IMG/VR virus record: IMGVR_UViG_3300031992_000012
Location: 1 to 64,000 of that record
From: a virus
Taxonomy: Duplodnaviria; Caudoviricetes
Direction: 5' to 3' (one strand)
DNA: 64,000 nt
Position numbers and translations under genes: made by a program. Below the pieces are notes generated by a model. The model did no database searches, was not told the DNA's origin, and saw nothing but the letters and a program-made list of their open reading frames with translations. Of the stretch, positions 1 through 9,707 are shown in pieces. Each line of letters starts with the position of its first letter. Within the stretch, counting starts at the first letter, position 1.

Positions 1-111
1 CTGAAGAAAGCCGCGATCGCCTGGGAGACGGAACGGGGAAAGGAGCCTTTCACGGCAAAGGTTACGGAAAAGACGACGAAGGACGGCAAAACCGTTTACG
101 TTTTTGAATGA
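1..111 (+). CDS. 3' end of a hypothetical protein (partial)
   Basis: Frame 1 is open from the window start to TGA at 109-111 (...KDGKTVYVFE*). Confidence 0.6.
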   Translation: MKKAAIAWETERGKEPFTAKVTEKTTKDGKTVYVFE

Positions 112-139
112 CAGGCATACAACACATAGGAACATCCCG

Positions 140-3100
140 ATGAACATAACAGCCAACGCAGCCAGCCTCGACTGGAGAAGCAACAAACACGGCGTCTGGA
201 AGGCGCTCGTCAAGGACATGGCGCCAAACTCGTCCGTGGCGTTCAGCGCAGGCCTTACGGGCACGGTCGCCGGAAGGCAGGTGACAGTGGAATCCCCGTC
301 CATGCCGACCGGGTTCATGACCTACACCACGGACATCACGGATGGCGTCGTCGGCAGCATGCTGTACGGGGCCGGGAGCGTGTCCGACAGCCTGGAGGTG
401 GTGGGCGGTGAGAAGACCGTCAGGATGGGAAGCTACACGTTCACCGGGAATGAGACGTGGATGGAATATCCATACATAAGTAATGCATGGAGCAGTAAGA
501 CAATTATCACGGATTCTAAATCACACTCAGTTGCCATTGTACCTAATGTGATTCTCCCTGGATATGACATTGTAGGGGTTATTAATGCTTCATCCGCTGG
601 AGATAAATTGTGTTCTTTGAACTCGACTTATAACGCTGCCAATACACTAGCTATACGAGACACAAGTTGCACAACAGCGGAAGAGCTTGCAGCCAAATTA
701 GCTGGTAAGACCATCTATTACGAGCTCGCCGAACCCATGACTTCAACGGAGACCGCCCAGTCGCTCGCTCTCCAGACGGGTGTCAACAACCTGGCGCTGA
801 ACGAACGCGGCTCCTCGTTCACGCTGGACTACACGGGCACCGATTTCACCCTCCAGCTGGACAGCGCCCACAAGTACGCCTTCAGCGACAACGGCGTGAA
901 GTCCGTGCTGACGGGTTCTTCGGAGCAAGCGGTCACGGGCGGCCAGGACATGCTGGTTGACGTCACGAGGATGTTCAACGGCGATACGACCGCCATCAAC
1001 GCCGTCACAAGTTGGGCGGACATGGCGGCTGTCATGCCGGAGTACCTGTCCAACGTTGCCTACAACGAGGGGGAGGTCATCGGCAGAAGCGGTGGAGTGA
1101 CTACGGCGAAGTGGAATCAGTTAGAACAACCGCTAACTGCTACGTACTGGCGCAGTTATAAGATTGTGGGTGCAACTGAAGGTGTAGTGAGTTTTAATAC
1201 GACAAACAATACAGTTACACTTACGACTAACGATGTATCAACACAGGTGGCATGCATATATACCGCGGGCAGTGGTAACTACATTACGTTGCAGCAAGAA
1301 CGGGTATATGTATTCAGGCATGAGGTAAAGGGCCCACAAGGCTATGCATTCGCTTTCAATCTACCAATCGGGGGTATGGCATTCATCAGCAGAGCGACAA
1401 TGGAGGCCACTGATACATGGCAAGTTAATGCCAAGTTGTATAGGACGCCAAAAGATGCTGTTCGTGCCAATTTCTTGTTATATACATATCAAGACGCAAC
1501 GCATGCAGGTATGTCAGCAACGTTCCAGATTCGCAACGTCCAGCTTTTCGACCTCACGGAAATCTACGGCGCGGGGTACGAGCCCTCCACCGTTGAGGAA
1601 TTCGAGGCCGACTGCACCAAGTGGGGCAAAGACCTGTCTCAGTACCAGCCCTATGACGCGGGCACGCCGATGGGAGGCTCCGCGACGTTCAGCGGGTTGC
1701 ACGGGGTCGGCACGACGAAGGACACGCAGGACGTGGTGACGGGTGAGAAGATTGTCAGGATGGCAAGCGTGGATATGGGGACGCTGGCTTATAGTTCTTA
1801 CCAAGCTCCCGATGCTGCGCATCCGTATGGCTTTTGTTCGATAAATAATATAAACAAGGCTTTTGGATACAATAACTTTATAAGCACGCATTATCTGTAT
1901 AATGGCGTTAGCTACGACGGGGACAAAACATTCTTTGGCAGCGCCGTAAACAGATACATCTACCTGATAGACAGTTCGCTGATAGGCAAATCTGCTTCAG
2001 AAGTGGCGTCCGCAATGGCAGGCAGACAGCTGGCCTACGAGCTTGCCGAACCCACCACCTCTTCCGAAACCCCCCAGCCGCTGACAACTATCAAGGGACT
2101 CAACAATGCCCACGAGGAGAACATGTCCATCACGGGCACTCCGCTTACGATGGGCTACACCGGGACAGACCAGACGCTATACGCCGATACCGCATCCAAG
2201 TACCTCGCCAGAATCGACGGCGCGGACTTCGTGCTGGAGAACGTGTCGTCCATCGACGTTCGTGGCGGCAGGGACCGCGTCATTGACCTGACCTACATGT
2301 TCGGCGTGGGCAATGAGCCGGTTACGGCGGCGGACTTCTACAAGCTGTTCCCGACGTGGATGGGCTACGCCATCCCGTATAACAAGGGCAGCCTGCTGAA
2401 TTTCAAGGGCACGGGCCTCAAGAGCGTGGGGTTTAACCTGCTGGATACTGGAAATAGGACTCTAGGCCAGCCGCAAAACACGGTTGGTAGCAATACCACT
2501 GTGCGAGGCGTGTTTGATGAGACCAAGTATTATGTCGGATTTGCAGCAAATAATTATTACTCTCCGGCGCAGGTTCTGTCTCACACCATTTCCAGCTCAG
2601 CGGTGTCTGTAACGAACAGGGATGGCGGGTATGGTGTTGCGTTCCCCATACGAGTTATACCTGGGCGGACGTACTATATAGAAAACTATATTAGTCACGA
2701 CACGCGCTTTGCTTTTTATACATATAATGGAAAATGGATAGGTGGTTACGAATCGAGAGCCATAGAAGCCCCTGCAACGGCGTACTGGGCATTGATAGTT
2801 CTCACTACTCCCGGTAATCAATCCATAACTTGGACCAACCCCTGCGTCCACCTCCAGTGGTCCGGCGGCCGCAACGGCGACTACGAGCCCTACTGGGACT
2901 ACACGCGCCCGCTGCCCACGCTGACCTACTTCCCGTCCGGCATGAACGGTCGAGGCGGCGTCTATGACGAGACTACCTCCCGTCAGGCCGTCACGCGCCT
3001 TACCGAAATCGACATGGAGGACCTGGAGTGGACGGAGTCAAATGGCTCGTGGACGGCCACCGTGTCCGGCATGAAGGCAGACACCGCCGCCATCGTCGCG

Positions 3101-3925
3101 GAGAACGGCCTCAAGCCTGTCGTCAGCGGCACGTCCGTCACCGTCCCGTCCGATGCCTCGCCAGTCGGCAAGCTGGTCTACGAGCTCGCCAGCCAGTCCG
3201 TTGTCACCTTCCCGGAGGAGGTCAACACGACCGCCCAGGTGTCCGACTACGGAACCGAGTCCGTCGTGCCCGTCAACGGCTACGAGCTTGTCACGGCGCC
3301 TTTCCTGGGAATAGTCAAGTACCAGGACAACTACGCACGCACCATCACCAAGCTCCCGGAGAACTACCAGTCGCAGGACTCGATGGCCTCCCTGCAGCTG
3401 GTGCTGGGTCAGTTGCTGAACGTCACGCTGACCTCCAGGTTCAACGCCGACGAACAGGCCTACGGCTACACGGTCACCGGCGATGGCGTCCCGGGATTGA
3501 TTGCGGCGGCACTCACGGCTCTCGCGCCTGTCACGGGACTCACCTTCAGGGGCGGCACCTACATGCCCACGGACGGCATGGTCGCGCTGCCCGACCCCAC
3601 CATACAGGGCATCACGGCGATACCCGCGTCCACGTCCAGCTACACGCTTGGCGAGGGCGTCTACAGCCATGCGCCGAACTCCGTCCCTACGTACACGCTG
3701 CCCGCCGTGGAGGACGCCACGGTCGTCCACAAGGCGAGGCTTACGGTCAAGATGAGCGCAAGCGTCCTGACGGCGAACTTCAGGAACAGTGCCGGCGTCG
3801 CGATAGGCTACGAGCCCCCGGCTGGCGATGTACGTGCCGGCACGCTGGTGGAGTATGTCTGCACGTACGAGCCGCTGGCTGGCGGATGGGCGGTATCCGC
3901 ACGGGTCGTCATGCAGACCGCGTGA
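140..3925 (+). CDS. Tail fibre / receptor-binding-like structural protein with repeated modules
   Basis: ~1260 aa, rich in Thr/Gly/Ser/Tyr. Repeated module borders (GEKxVRM ... YELAEP twice, YELAS once) and alternating GC-rich scaffold with AT-rich cassettes. ATG140 follows AGGAAC. Confidence 0.65.
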   Translation: MNITANAASLDWRSNKHGVWKALVKDMAPNSSVAFSAGLTGTVAGRQVTVESPSMPTGFMTYTTDITDGVVGSMLYGAGSVSDSLEVVGGEKTVRMGSYTFTGNETWMEYPYISNAWSSKTIITDSKSHSVAIVPNVILPGYDIVGVINASSAGDKLCSLNSTYNAANTLAIRDTSCTTAEELAAKLAGKTIYYELAEPMTSTETAQSLALQTGVNNLALNERGSSFTLDYTGTDFTLQLDSAHKYAFSDNGVKSVLTGSSEQAVTGGQDMLVDVTRMFNGDTTAINAVTSWADMAAVMPEYLSNVAYNEGEVIGRSGGVTTAKWNQLEQPLTATYWRSYKIVGATEGVVSFNTTNNTVTLTTNDVSTQVACIYTAGSGNYITLQQERVYVFRHEVKGPQGYAFAFNLPIGGMAFISRATMEATDTWQVNAKLYRTPKDAVRANFLLYTYQDATHAGMSATFQIRNVQLFDLTEIYGAGYEPSTVEEFEADCTKWGKDLSQYQPYDAGTPMGGSATFSGLHGVGTTKDTQDVVTGEKIVRMASVDMGTLAYSSYQAPDAAHPYGFCSINNINKAFGYNNFISTHYLYNGVSYDGDKTFFGSAVNRYIYLIDSSLIGKSASEVASAMAGRQLAYELAEPTTSSETPQPLTTIKGLNNAHEENMSITGTPLTMGYTGTDQTLYADTASKYLARIDGADFVLENVSSIDVRGGRDRVIDLTYMFGVGNEPVTAADFYKLFPTWMGYAIPYNKGSLLNFKGTGLKSVGFNLLDTGNRTLGQPQNTVGSNTTVRGVFDETKYYVGFAANNYYSPAQVLSHTISSSAVSVTNRDGGYGVAFPIRVIPGRTYYIENYISHDTRFAFYTYNGKWIGGYESRAIEAPATAYWALIVLTTPGNQSITWTNPCVHLQWSGGRNGDYEPYWDYTRPLPTLTYFPSGMNGRGGVYDETTSRQAVTRLTEIDMEDLEWTESNGSWTATVSGMKADTAAIVAENGLKPVVSGTSVTVPSDASPVGKLVYELASQSVVTFPEEVNTTAQVSDYGTESVVPVNGYELVTAPFLGIVKYQDNYARTITKLPENYQSQDSMASLQLVLGQLLNVTLTSRFNADEQAYGYTVTGDGVPGLIAAALTALAPVTGLTFRGGTYMPTDGMVALPDPTIQGITAIPASTSSYTLGEGVYSHAPNSVPTYTLPAVEDATVVHKARLTVKMSASVLTANFRNSAGVAIGYEPPAGDVRAGTLVEYVCTYEPLAGGWAVSARVVMQTA

Positions 3926-3975
3926 TACGTTATGAGGTGTGAACGCCAACCAACGCCGTAAATGGAAAGACCCTT

Positions 3976-4314
3976 ATGAAGAGACTACTCTCAATCCTGC
4001 TTTTGCTCTGCACGCTCGGGCTCGCCGGCATCCAGTCGAGGCCCGTCGTGCACGTCACCATCTCCCCCGCCCATATCACCTACTATGCGTCCTCCTTCGA
4101 CGACCCGGCCAAGTTCGACTTCAAGTACGTCGAATGGAACGCCTTCGTGAAGAAGCACAAATACGGCTACACGCTTGTCGAAGGACAGTGGGTGCGGGAA
4201 CGCCTGTCAGGGCAGGAGACCTCCACGCCCGTCCGCTTCTTCGTTCCTCCAAGTGAACGCAGGGGTGGCCTCATAGTGACACCTACAATCTCCCAACCAC
4301 CGAGCAAGAAATGA
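3976..4314 (+). CDS. Small secreted/membrane hypothetical protein
   Basis: Signal-peptide-like N-terminus MKRLLSILLLLCTLGLAG. Confidence 0.6.
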   Translation: MKRLLSILLLLCTLGLAGIQSRPVVHVTISPAHITYYASSFDDPAKFDFKYVEWNAFVKKHKYGYTLVEGQWVRERLSGQETSTPVRFFVPPSERRGGLIVTPTISQPPSKK

Positions 4315-4454
4315 AACACGTCCTTGTAGCGTTCATGATCGTGGGAATATTATGCGTCCTCAGCGCAGTCATCACGGCGATGGTGGTGTTCACGTGCGAT
4401 CCTTCGTACTATGTCAGAAAATTTCGCAAGTGGCTTAATGGATTAGTGCAATGA
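4311..4454 (+). CDS. 47-aa single-TM protein (not in the ORF track)
   Basis: MKHVLVAFMIVGILCVLSAVITAMVVFTCDPSYYVRKFRKWLNGLVQ*; ATGA overlaps with both neighbours. Confidence 0.6.
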   Translation: MKHVLVAFMIVGILCVLSAVITAMVVFTCDPSYYVRKFRKWLNGLVQ

Positions 4455-4924
4455 AGATAACACTGATTGGAACAGACAAGGCCGTCCTGACACCAACGGG
4501 CGGCAAAATCAGGGACAAGCTCACGAACCGCCTCTACGGCGAGGTCTCTATCAAGCCCACCGCCATTTGGCGTTACGAGGACGCGGACTCCGTCACATAC
4601 GAGACCGTCGACCTCGACACCATCCCTGAGGAAGTCAGGGAGGTATTTGACCAGGTCGTAGGCCTTATCGTCAATCTAGCCAGGGGCTATGGCGCGATGG
4701 ACGCCCTCCGTTCCTTGGAGCAGGTCAACATCGCTTCGCTCTTTGGTCTCGCCAATCAGTTCAACGTTGACGAGAAGGATATGCAGAACCTTATAATGCA
4801 AGTCGTTATGCTTAAGACAGATATAGAGGCCAAAGTTCCTCGTTCGTGGTACGACCTGTGGAACGGCAACCTCAAGCCTTATCTGCTTGAAAAGATAATG
4901 ACCGTTACTCGTTCTACTAACTGA
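4451..4924 (+). CDS. Hypothetical protein (possible tail-fibre assembly helper)
   Basis: Translationally coupled ORF downstream of the fibre gene; function inferred from position only. Confidence 0.6.
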   Translation: MKITLIGTDKAVLTPTGGKIRDKLTNRLYGEVSIKPTAIWRYEDADSVTYETVDLDTIPEEVREVFDQVVGLIVNLARGYGAMDALRSLEQVNIASLFGLANQFNVDEKDMQNLIMQVVMLKTDIEAKVPRSWYDLWNGNLKPYLLEKIMTVTRSTN

Positions 4925-4938
4925 AAACCGCCTTCGGG

Positions 4939-4949
4939 CGTGTAATAAT
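4939..4949 (+). promoter_or_regulatory. YGYGTAATAAT motif copy 1 (putative phage-RNAP promoter)
   Basis: CGTGTAATAAT, intergenic; motif recurs at 20220, 35541, 37243, 46452 and 63121. Confidence 0.6.
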
Positions 4950-4967
4950 ATATTAGAACAATTTAGT

Positions 4968-5002
4968 AAGCAGGGATGCAGTTAACTGCATCCCTGCTTT
5001 TT
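4968..5002 (+). terminator. Intrinsic terminator-like hairpin
   Basis: AAGCAGGGATGCAG-TTAA-CTGCATCCCTGCTT followed by a T tract. Confidence 0.75.
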
Positions 5003-5027
5003 CTTTAGCATCAAAAAGGAGGCAAAC

Positions 5028-6377
5028 ATGAAAATGGATTTCAGCTATCTGACAGGAGGCCGACGAATAATAGTAGCCGGACCCGCCGGCAGCAGGCTTT
5101 ACCGGCTCAACAAACCGGAGTCAGACGACGACACGCGGGGAATCGTCCTCGACCGTACCGACGACATCATCGACATCGAGGGGGTGCAGAACCAGGAGCT
5201 GTCCGACGACTCGCAGGACACGAAGTTCTACGGGCTATACAAGTTCCTGCATCTTGCGGCAGGCTGCAACCCGAACATAATCGAGTTGCTCTACCTTCCT
5301 AAAGATGTAATCTACGAGAGCTCCAAGGAATACGAGGAGCTTCTCAAAATCAGGCACCTCTTCATCACCAAACGCGCCCGTTTCACTTTCGGCGCCTACG
5401 CAAACGCCCAAATCAAGCGGGCTCGCGGCAAGGGCAAGAAGGGGAACGACATAGACAAGTATGTCAACGCGGCAGGATTGGAGAAGCTTCGCATGTGGCT
5501 TACCTACGAGCCCGGCGAACTTCCGATATCGAAGCTGTTCAATGGCTCGTCCTGCATTCTCTACACGTTCGGGCATTTCATGCGCGACTACCTGCACAAG
5601 CTGCCTCCGTTCGTATGGACACCGGAGCTCATGGAGGAGTACAAGGACTTCGACTGGCATAACGACCCGGATATCGTGAAAATGAAACCGCCTCGTCGTG
5701 TCGACTACATCCAGTGGCTTCGCACCGACGAGCACGGGTTCCCGTTCCGCCCTGTCCCTTTCTCGGCCAATCCTGACATCCTGGTTGCCTCCACGGCCAA
5801 GGACGCCTCGAAGTACGACGCCGCCCAGGTGGAGGGGTTCAGCAATTTGTACCGGCTTTACCATAACGGGACAGGTTTCATGGCGCCTGACCAGATGCAG
5901 GTTGTCTGTCATTCCATATCGAAAGAGCGGGAGCGCATGGACTTCGCCGGAATAGCCAAGATTGACGTAGAAGGCTATGAGAAGGCCAAGCGCGAATACG
6001 ACTCCTTCTGGGAGTGGATGTCCCAGCGAAACGAGAACCGCTACACCAAGGACTGGGATTCCAATGCGCAGGTGGATTTCAAAAACCTCATGCACACAAT
6101 GAGGCTTCTCATCTGCGCCAAGAACATCGCCGTTAATGGCGAGCCAATCATACGTTTCGACGGCGAACAGCGCGACTACCTGATGTCCATACGCAATGGC
6201 GAAATCAAGTACGAGAAGATACTGGAGACGGCCGAGGAAATGATTCAGGAAATAGACGTCCTGTTCGAGAAGAGCAGTTTGCCGGACCACGCCGACATGC
6301 CACGCATAAAACAGTTCTATCGGGAAATATTCAAGCAAGCATTATTGGAGGAAATCAAGAATGGCAGCAGTAACTGA
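5028..6377 (+). CDS. Pol-beta-superfamily nucleotidyltransferase (Nuc-transf/RlaP-like)
   Basis: GSRLY...SDDDTRG motif, NPNIIELL, C-terminal KNLMHTMRLL...LMSIRNG; GGAGG RBS. Confidence 0.8.
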   Translation: MKMDFSYLTGGRRIIVAGPAGSRLYRLNKPESDDDTRGIVLDRTDDIIDIEGVQNQELSDDSQDTKFYGLYKFLHLAAGCNPNIIELLYLPKDVIYESSKEYEELLKIRHLFITKRARFTFGAYANAQIKRARGKGKKGNDIDKYVNAAGLEKLRMWLTYEPGELPISKLFNGSSCILYTFGHFMRDYLHKLPPFVWTPELMEEYKDFDWHNDPDIVKMKPPRRVDYIQWLRTDEHGFPFRPVPFSANPDILVASTAKDASKYDAAQVEGFSNLYRLYHNGTGFMAPDQMQVVCHSISKERERMDFAGIAKIDVEGYEKAKREYDSFWEWMSQRNENRYTKDWDSNAQVDFKNLMHTMRLLICAKNIAVNGEPIIRFDGEQRDYLMSIRNGEIKYEKILETAEEMIQEIDVLFEKSSLPDHADMPRIKQFYREIFKQALLEEIKNGSSN

Positions 6378-7080
6378 CTTTCCGACCGTGGCGAGCCTGT
6401 TCGCCTTCCTGGAGTCGGAACATGTCTACGCCCTCCGACCGGAGGGTAAAATCCAGGAAATAGTCCAGACGAGCACGTCTCATATAGCGGCCGTTCTGGT
6501 GCGCGGGCGTGAACGGTTCGTTCTTCCAAACGGCGACGAGGAGATTGAACTCTTCAATGACTACATGGAGGCCATGCAGACGACGATAAGACTGCATAGA
6601 GCAGTGCTACAGCGCAAGCTCAAGGAATGCGACGCGGACCTGAAGAAGCTCGACGACCTCAAGACCACAATGGTGAACGACCCCTCCCCGGAGTATTTTG
6701 CCGACGAGGACACCCTGAGAAACTCGCTCAAGTACATGGGTGTCAAGGAGCTTAAGGGACTGCTTCGCTCACTGGACCTCACGGCGCATGACGTTTCCGA
6801 CAAGGAGCGTCTTCTTACGCTTATCGCCGATGCCGCCGTACGAAAGTTCGGCGACGAGGACACTTACTCAAAGCTAAAGAAATGGTGGGCGGATTTTCGC
6901 CCAGTGTTCTACAGCGTCACGCCCAGATTTCAAAAAGGCAACGTCCCTTCAGAGCCGGGTCTTCGCCCCGAGGACACTGCGGCCATAGAGGGAGTTGTGA
7001 AGGACAACACGCCGGCAGGTTTCAGTGTCGACGGATTCGAGGTGCCGATTACACGCGATTATGACCCGGAGGTTGATTGA
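6361..7080 (+). CDS. Hypothetical protein
   Basis: Overlapping coupled ORF with GGAGG RBS and a coiled-coil segment. Confidence 0.7.
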   Translation: MAAVTDFPTVASLFAFLESEHVYALRPEGKIQEIVQTSTSHIAAVLVRGRERFVLPNGDEEIELFNDYMEAMQTTIRLHRAVLQRKLKECDADLKKLDDLKTTMVNDPSPEYFADEDTLRNSLKYMGVKELKGLLRSLDLTAHDVSDKERLLTLIADAAVRKFGDEDTYSKLKKWWADFRPVFYSVTPRFQKGNVPSEPGLRPEDTAAIEGVVKDNTPAGFSVDGFEVPITRDYDPEVD

Positions 7081-7622
7081 TGGTAAAAGCAATTGAAAAC
7101 GCAGGAATTCCAGAGAAACGGGTTCTTACGCCCAACATCGAAGGGGCGTTCAAGTACATGGGCCGACAGTTCTCGAAGGACGAGGGAGAGGGTTTCTTCT
7201 CCCGCGTCATCTTTGAGGACAAGTCAGGCAGCGCCACCTTCGTCCACGAGACAGGAAAGATGTGCGTAATCTTCACCTTCCCGACGTATGACGACAAGCC
7301 TGTTGTCATTCCGGAGGACAGGATGCAGCAGGTTGTGTTTGAAATTACCAAGCTGCTTGCTCCTTACTACCAGTTCCACATAAGGTTCGGGCACGACGGA
7401 CAGCCTGGCCTGTCCACCTTCTGTCCAATCGAGACTTGTTTCGTGCGTAAGCAGTTCGGCGGTGACGACCTGGTAGACAGGTTCCTGGCCAAGTCCATAA
7501 TGGAGGCCGAGCTGGTCACGTCCGTTGTCTCCAATTGCATTCGCCTCCTGCTGGCAGGGGAAAGCATCAAGGACTTCCCGGACGAGGTAAAACGTATTTT
7601 CCTTGACACCGAAGACAACTGA
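7077..7622 (+). CDS. Hypothetical protein, possibly YbjN/T3SS-chaperone-like fold
   Basis: Coupled ORF; the fold guess comes only from the helix/strand pattern. Confidence 0.55.
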   Translation: MMVKAIENAGIPEKRVLTPNIEGAFKYMGRQFSKDEGEGFFSRVIFEDKSGSATFVHETGKMCVIFTFPTYDDKPVVIPEDRMQQVVFEITKLLAPYYQFHIRFGHDGQPGLSTFCPIETCFVRKQFGGDDLVDRFLAKSIMEAELVTSVVSNCIRLLLAGESIKDFPDEVKRIFLDTEDN

Positions 7623-7641
7623 CTATACCTTTAATTTGAAA

Positions 7642-7682
7642 TGCGGAGGGCGCCGGCATTGCCGGTGTTCCCCCGCTCTTTT
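7642..7682 (+). terminator. Terminator-like hairpin
   Basis: GCGG-AGGG-CGCCGGCA/TGCCGGTG-TTCCC-CCGC followed by TCTTTT. Confidence 0.55.
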
Positions 7683-7709
7683 GTTAGTTACCAAAACCTG
7701 TAAGCGAAG

Positions 7710-8105
7710 ATGGAAGATAAGGAATTGACGATCGAATCTAACTCAAAAGTTATAGCGCAGCTCGCGCGTATAGAAGCGCTCTTACAGGAGGACCACAATG
7801 CGCTGCGAGGCAACGGCCACAAGGGAGCCCTGGACAGGCTGACTGATTTGGAGAACAAGGTGGAGTCCCTCGACAGGCGTCAGGCGGAGCTTTCCAGCTT
7901 CATTAGCTGCGTGTCGGACCTCAAGGCCGACATAAAGGTCCTGACCACCACGGTCAACGGGCTTACTGAGCAGGTCAAGGCCATACCACAGATGCTGTCG
8001 GACATCGAGATGCTTAAGGGCAAAAGAGTCTGGTGGCGCGATTTGATAGCGATTTCCATCGCCGCGTTGTCAATGCTGGTTGCAGCGTACGCGGTGTTCA
8101 AATAG
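7710..8105 (+). CDS. Coiled-coil protein with a C-terminal TM helix (holin/XhlA-like)
   Basis: Heptad-rich body followed by LIAISIAALSMLVAAYAVF. Confidence 0.55.
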   Translation: MEDKELTIESNSKVIAQLARIEALLQEDHNALRGNGHKGALDRLTDLENKVESLDRRQAELSSFISCVSDLKADIKVLTTTVNGLTEQVKAIPQMLSDIEMLKGKRVWWRDLIAISIAALSMLVAAYAVFK

Positions 8106-8134
8106 ATGTGTCTACATTACTTTAAGAAGGTGTT

Positions 8135-8596
8135 GTGATGAGCCAATACAGTCTTGAGAAATTTGAGAGCGAGAGAAATCTCGCCACTGGACTTGAGTTT
8201 TCGATGAATTATATTTCCGCTGTCTCCTATGAGACTGCGTCCAAGGTATGCAACGGAATAGGCCCCTCGTGGTTCCCGGAACACCTCAGGAAGCTGATTA
8301 ACGCCTTCAACCCGTCCCTGATTGTCGTGGCGGACAACCACGACCTGGGATACCTGTTCGGGGATGGCTCCAAGGACTACTTCCACCGTTGCAACAAGGC
8401 GTTCAAGGAAAATGGATACAAAGTCGCCAAGCACCACTACAAGGCGTGGGACCCTCGTCGCTACTACGTGATGTTTCAGGCGGCCAAGTTTGCCAGATAC
8501 TGCGACATGGGCGGCCTTCCGGCCTATGAAGCGGCCATAAAGGAAAGGAAGGGTATCATGAAAAAAGAGGAATCGACAAATGAAGAAACTGCTTAG
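8135..8596 (+). CDS. Hypothetical protein with a phospholipase-A2-like motif
   Basis: CNGIGP...ADNHDLGY motif resembles the prokaryotic PLA2-like CNGxG...HDxxY pattern. Confidence 0.5.
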   Translation: MMSQYSLEKFESERNLATGLEFSMNYISAVSYETASKVCNGIGPSWFPEHLRKLINAFNPSLIVVADNHDLGYLFGDGSKDYFHRCNKAFKENGYKVAKHHYKAWDPRRYYVMFQAAKFARYCDMGGLPAYEAAIKERKGIMKKEESTNEETA

Positions 8597-9617
8597 CCTG
8601 TTCCTGATGGCCGCTCTGGCTGTCACTGTCATCACTACCACCGGTTGCACGAGCACCGGCAAGAACTTCTTCGGCATCGTCAAGGGCGTCGTCATCGGCG
8701 ACGACTACGAGGCCGCCGGCCGCATGGTCGGTGAAGCCGGCTACATGGCGTACATCGTCATGAAAGGCGACCCGAAGTATGACAAGTACACCGCCAAGAT
8801 GGAGGAAGTCTACGCCGCCCTCGACGCCGCCGGCGACTTCGACACTGGTTCGCTCAACCAGACCATCCTTGAAGTCGCCCGTGTCGCCCTGACCGCCAAG
8901 TACGGCTATGTCTATGGCACGCTGATTACCGACGGCATTCGCATCGGCGGCGTCATCGCCGACCGTCTCTTCCTCAAGAACGTGTCCGCAACGGACGCCA
9001 CCTTGTATGCCAAGGGCTTGAAGGAAGGTATCGACGAAGCCCGTTCCAAGACCCCGCTCAGCGCGCTGGATGAAGCCGAGAAGGCCCGCCAGGAGAAAAT
9101 CGCCAAGGAGAAGGCCAAGAAGGAGGCCGAGGCCGCCGGCAAGGAATATGTCGAAGTCGACGAATGGGCGGCTCCGAAGTACATCACCTGCAAGCCTGTC
9201 AATACCTGCAGCTACAAGTTCACCGACCGCACGCTTGAAACGCAGAAGCGCATCGCCCAGGAACTCGACAAGTTCGGCTTCCTGGACCCGAACGAGCAAC
9301 CTCCCGACGAATACACCGAAACCAAGTACCACAACGTCCAGGCTCTCATCAAGCGCTGCGAAGAACTCGAGAAGTACGGTGTCAAGAAGCTGGATGTCTG
9401 GGTCAGCGACGTCAAGGTCGACTGCAAGTGGAAGGTCGGAGAGGACGGCAAGGAAGAGCTCGACGAGGAAGGCAACAAGATTGCCGACTGCAAGCTGGTC
9501 GCGATACGCTTCCTCTATGAGGATACCGACGGCGCAATCAAGGAAGCCACATGTGTCGGCTGTGTCACATACACCGAACTTAACGACATACCCGACAGCG
9601 TTCTCTTCGCCAACTGA
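8580..9617 (+). CDS. Lipoprotein with a Cys-containing C-terminal domain
   Basis: Signal peptide MKKLLSLFLMAALAVTVITTTG-C (lipobox-like). Confidence 0.7.
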   Translation: MKKLLSLFLMAALAVTVITTTGCTSTGKNFFGIVKGVVIGDDYEAAGRMVGEAGYMAYIVMKGDPKYDKYTAKMEEVYAALDAAGDFDTGSLNQTILEVARVALTAKYGYVYGTLITDGIRIGGVIADRLFLKNVSATDATLYAKGLKEGIDEARSKTPLSALDEAEKARQEKIAKEKAKKEAEAAGKEYVEVDEWAAPKYITCKPVNTCSYKFTDRTLETQKRIAQELDKFGFLDPNEQPPDEYTETKYHNVQALIKRCEELEKYGVKKLDVWVSDVKVDCKWKVGEDGKEELDEEGNKIADCKLVAIRFLYEDTDGAIKEATCVGCVTYTELNDIPDSVLFAN

Positions 9618-9638
9618 GAATAAGCTGATGTAAGTGTC

Positions 9639-9676
9639 AGGGACGGAATGACAACTCAATGTCTTCCGTCCTTTTT
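9639..9676 (+). terminator. Intrinsic terminator
   Basis: AGGGACGGAA..GACA/TGTC..TTCCGTCCT followed by TTTT. Confidence 0.7.
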
Positions 9677-9688
9677 GTTATAAAATTT

Positions 9689-9707
9689 CAACGCGTTGGA
9701 AAATCAT
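9689..9707 (+). promoter_or_regulatory. CAACGCGTTG-(G/T)AAAATCAT motif copy 1
   Basis: Matches 27676-27694 at 18 of 19 positions; both copies lie between a terminator and an operon start. Confidence 0.6.

Noticed and set aside
140-3925. Diversity-generating retroelement target in the fibre gene
   Set aside because: The repeats differ at all base types rather than only at adenines, and there is no reverse transcriptase or template repeat in the window.
3028-3942. 304-aa alternative-frame ORF inside the tail-fibre gene
   Set aside because: Arg/His-rich composition typical of an off-frame read in GC3-biased DNA.
7603-7631. sigma70 promoter TTGACA-17-TACCTT
   Set aside because: The -10 box is weak, the -35 lies inside a coding region, and a terminator follows immediately; not enough support.
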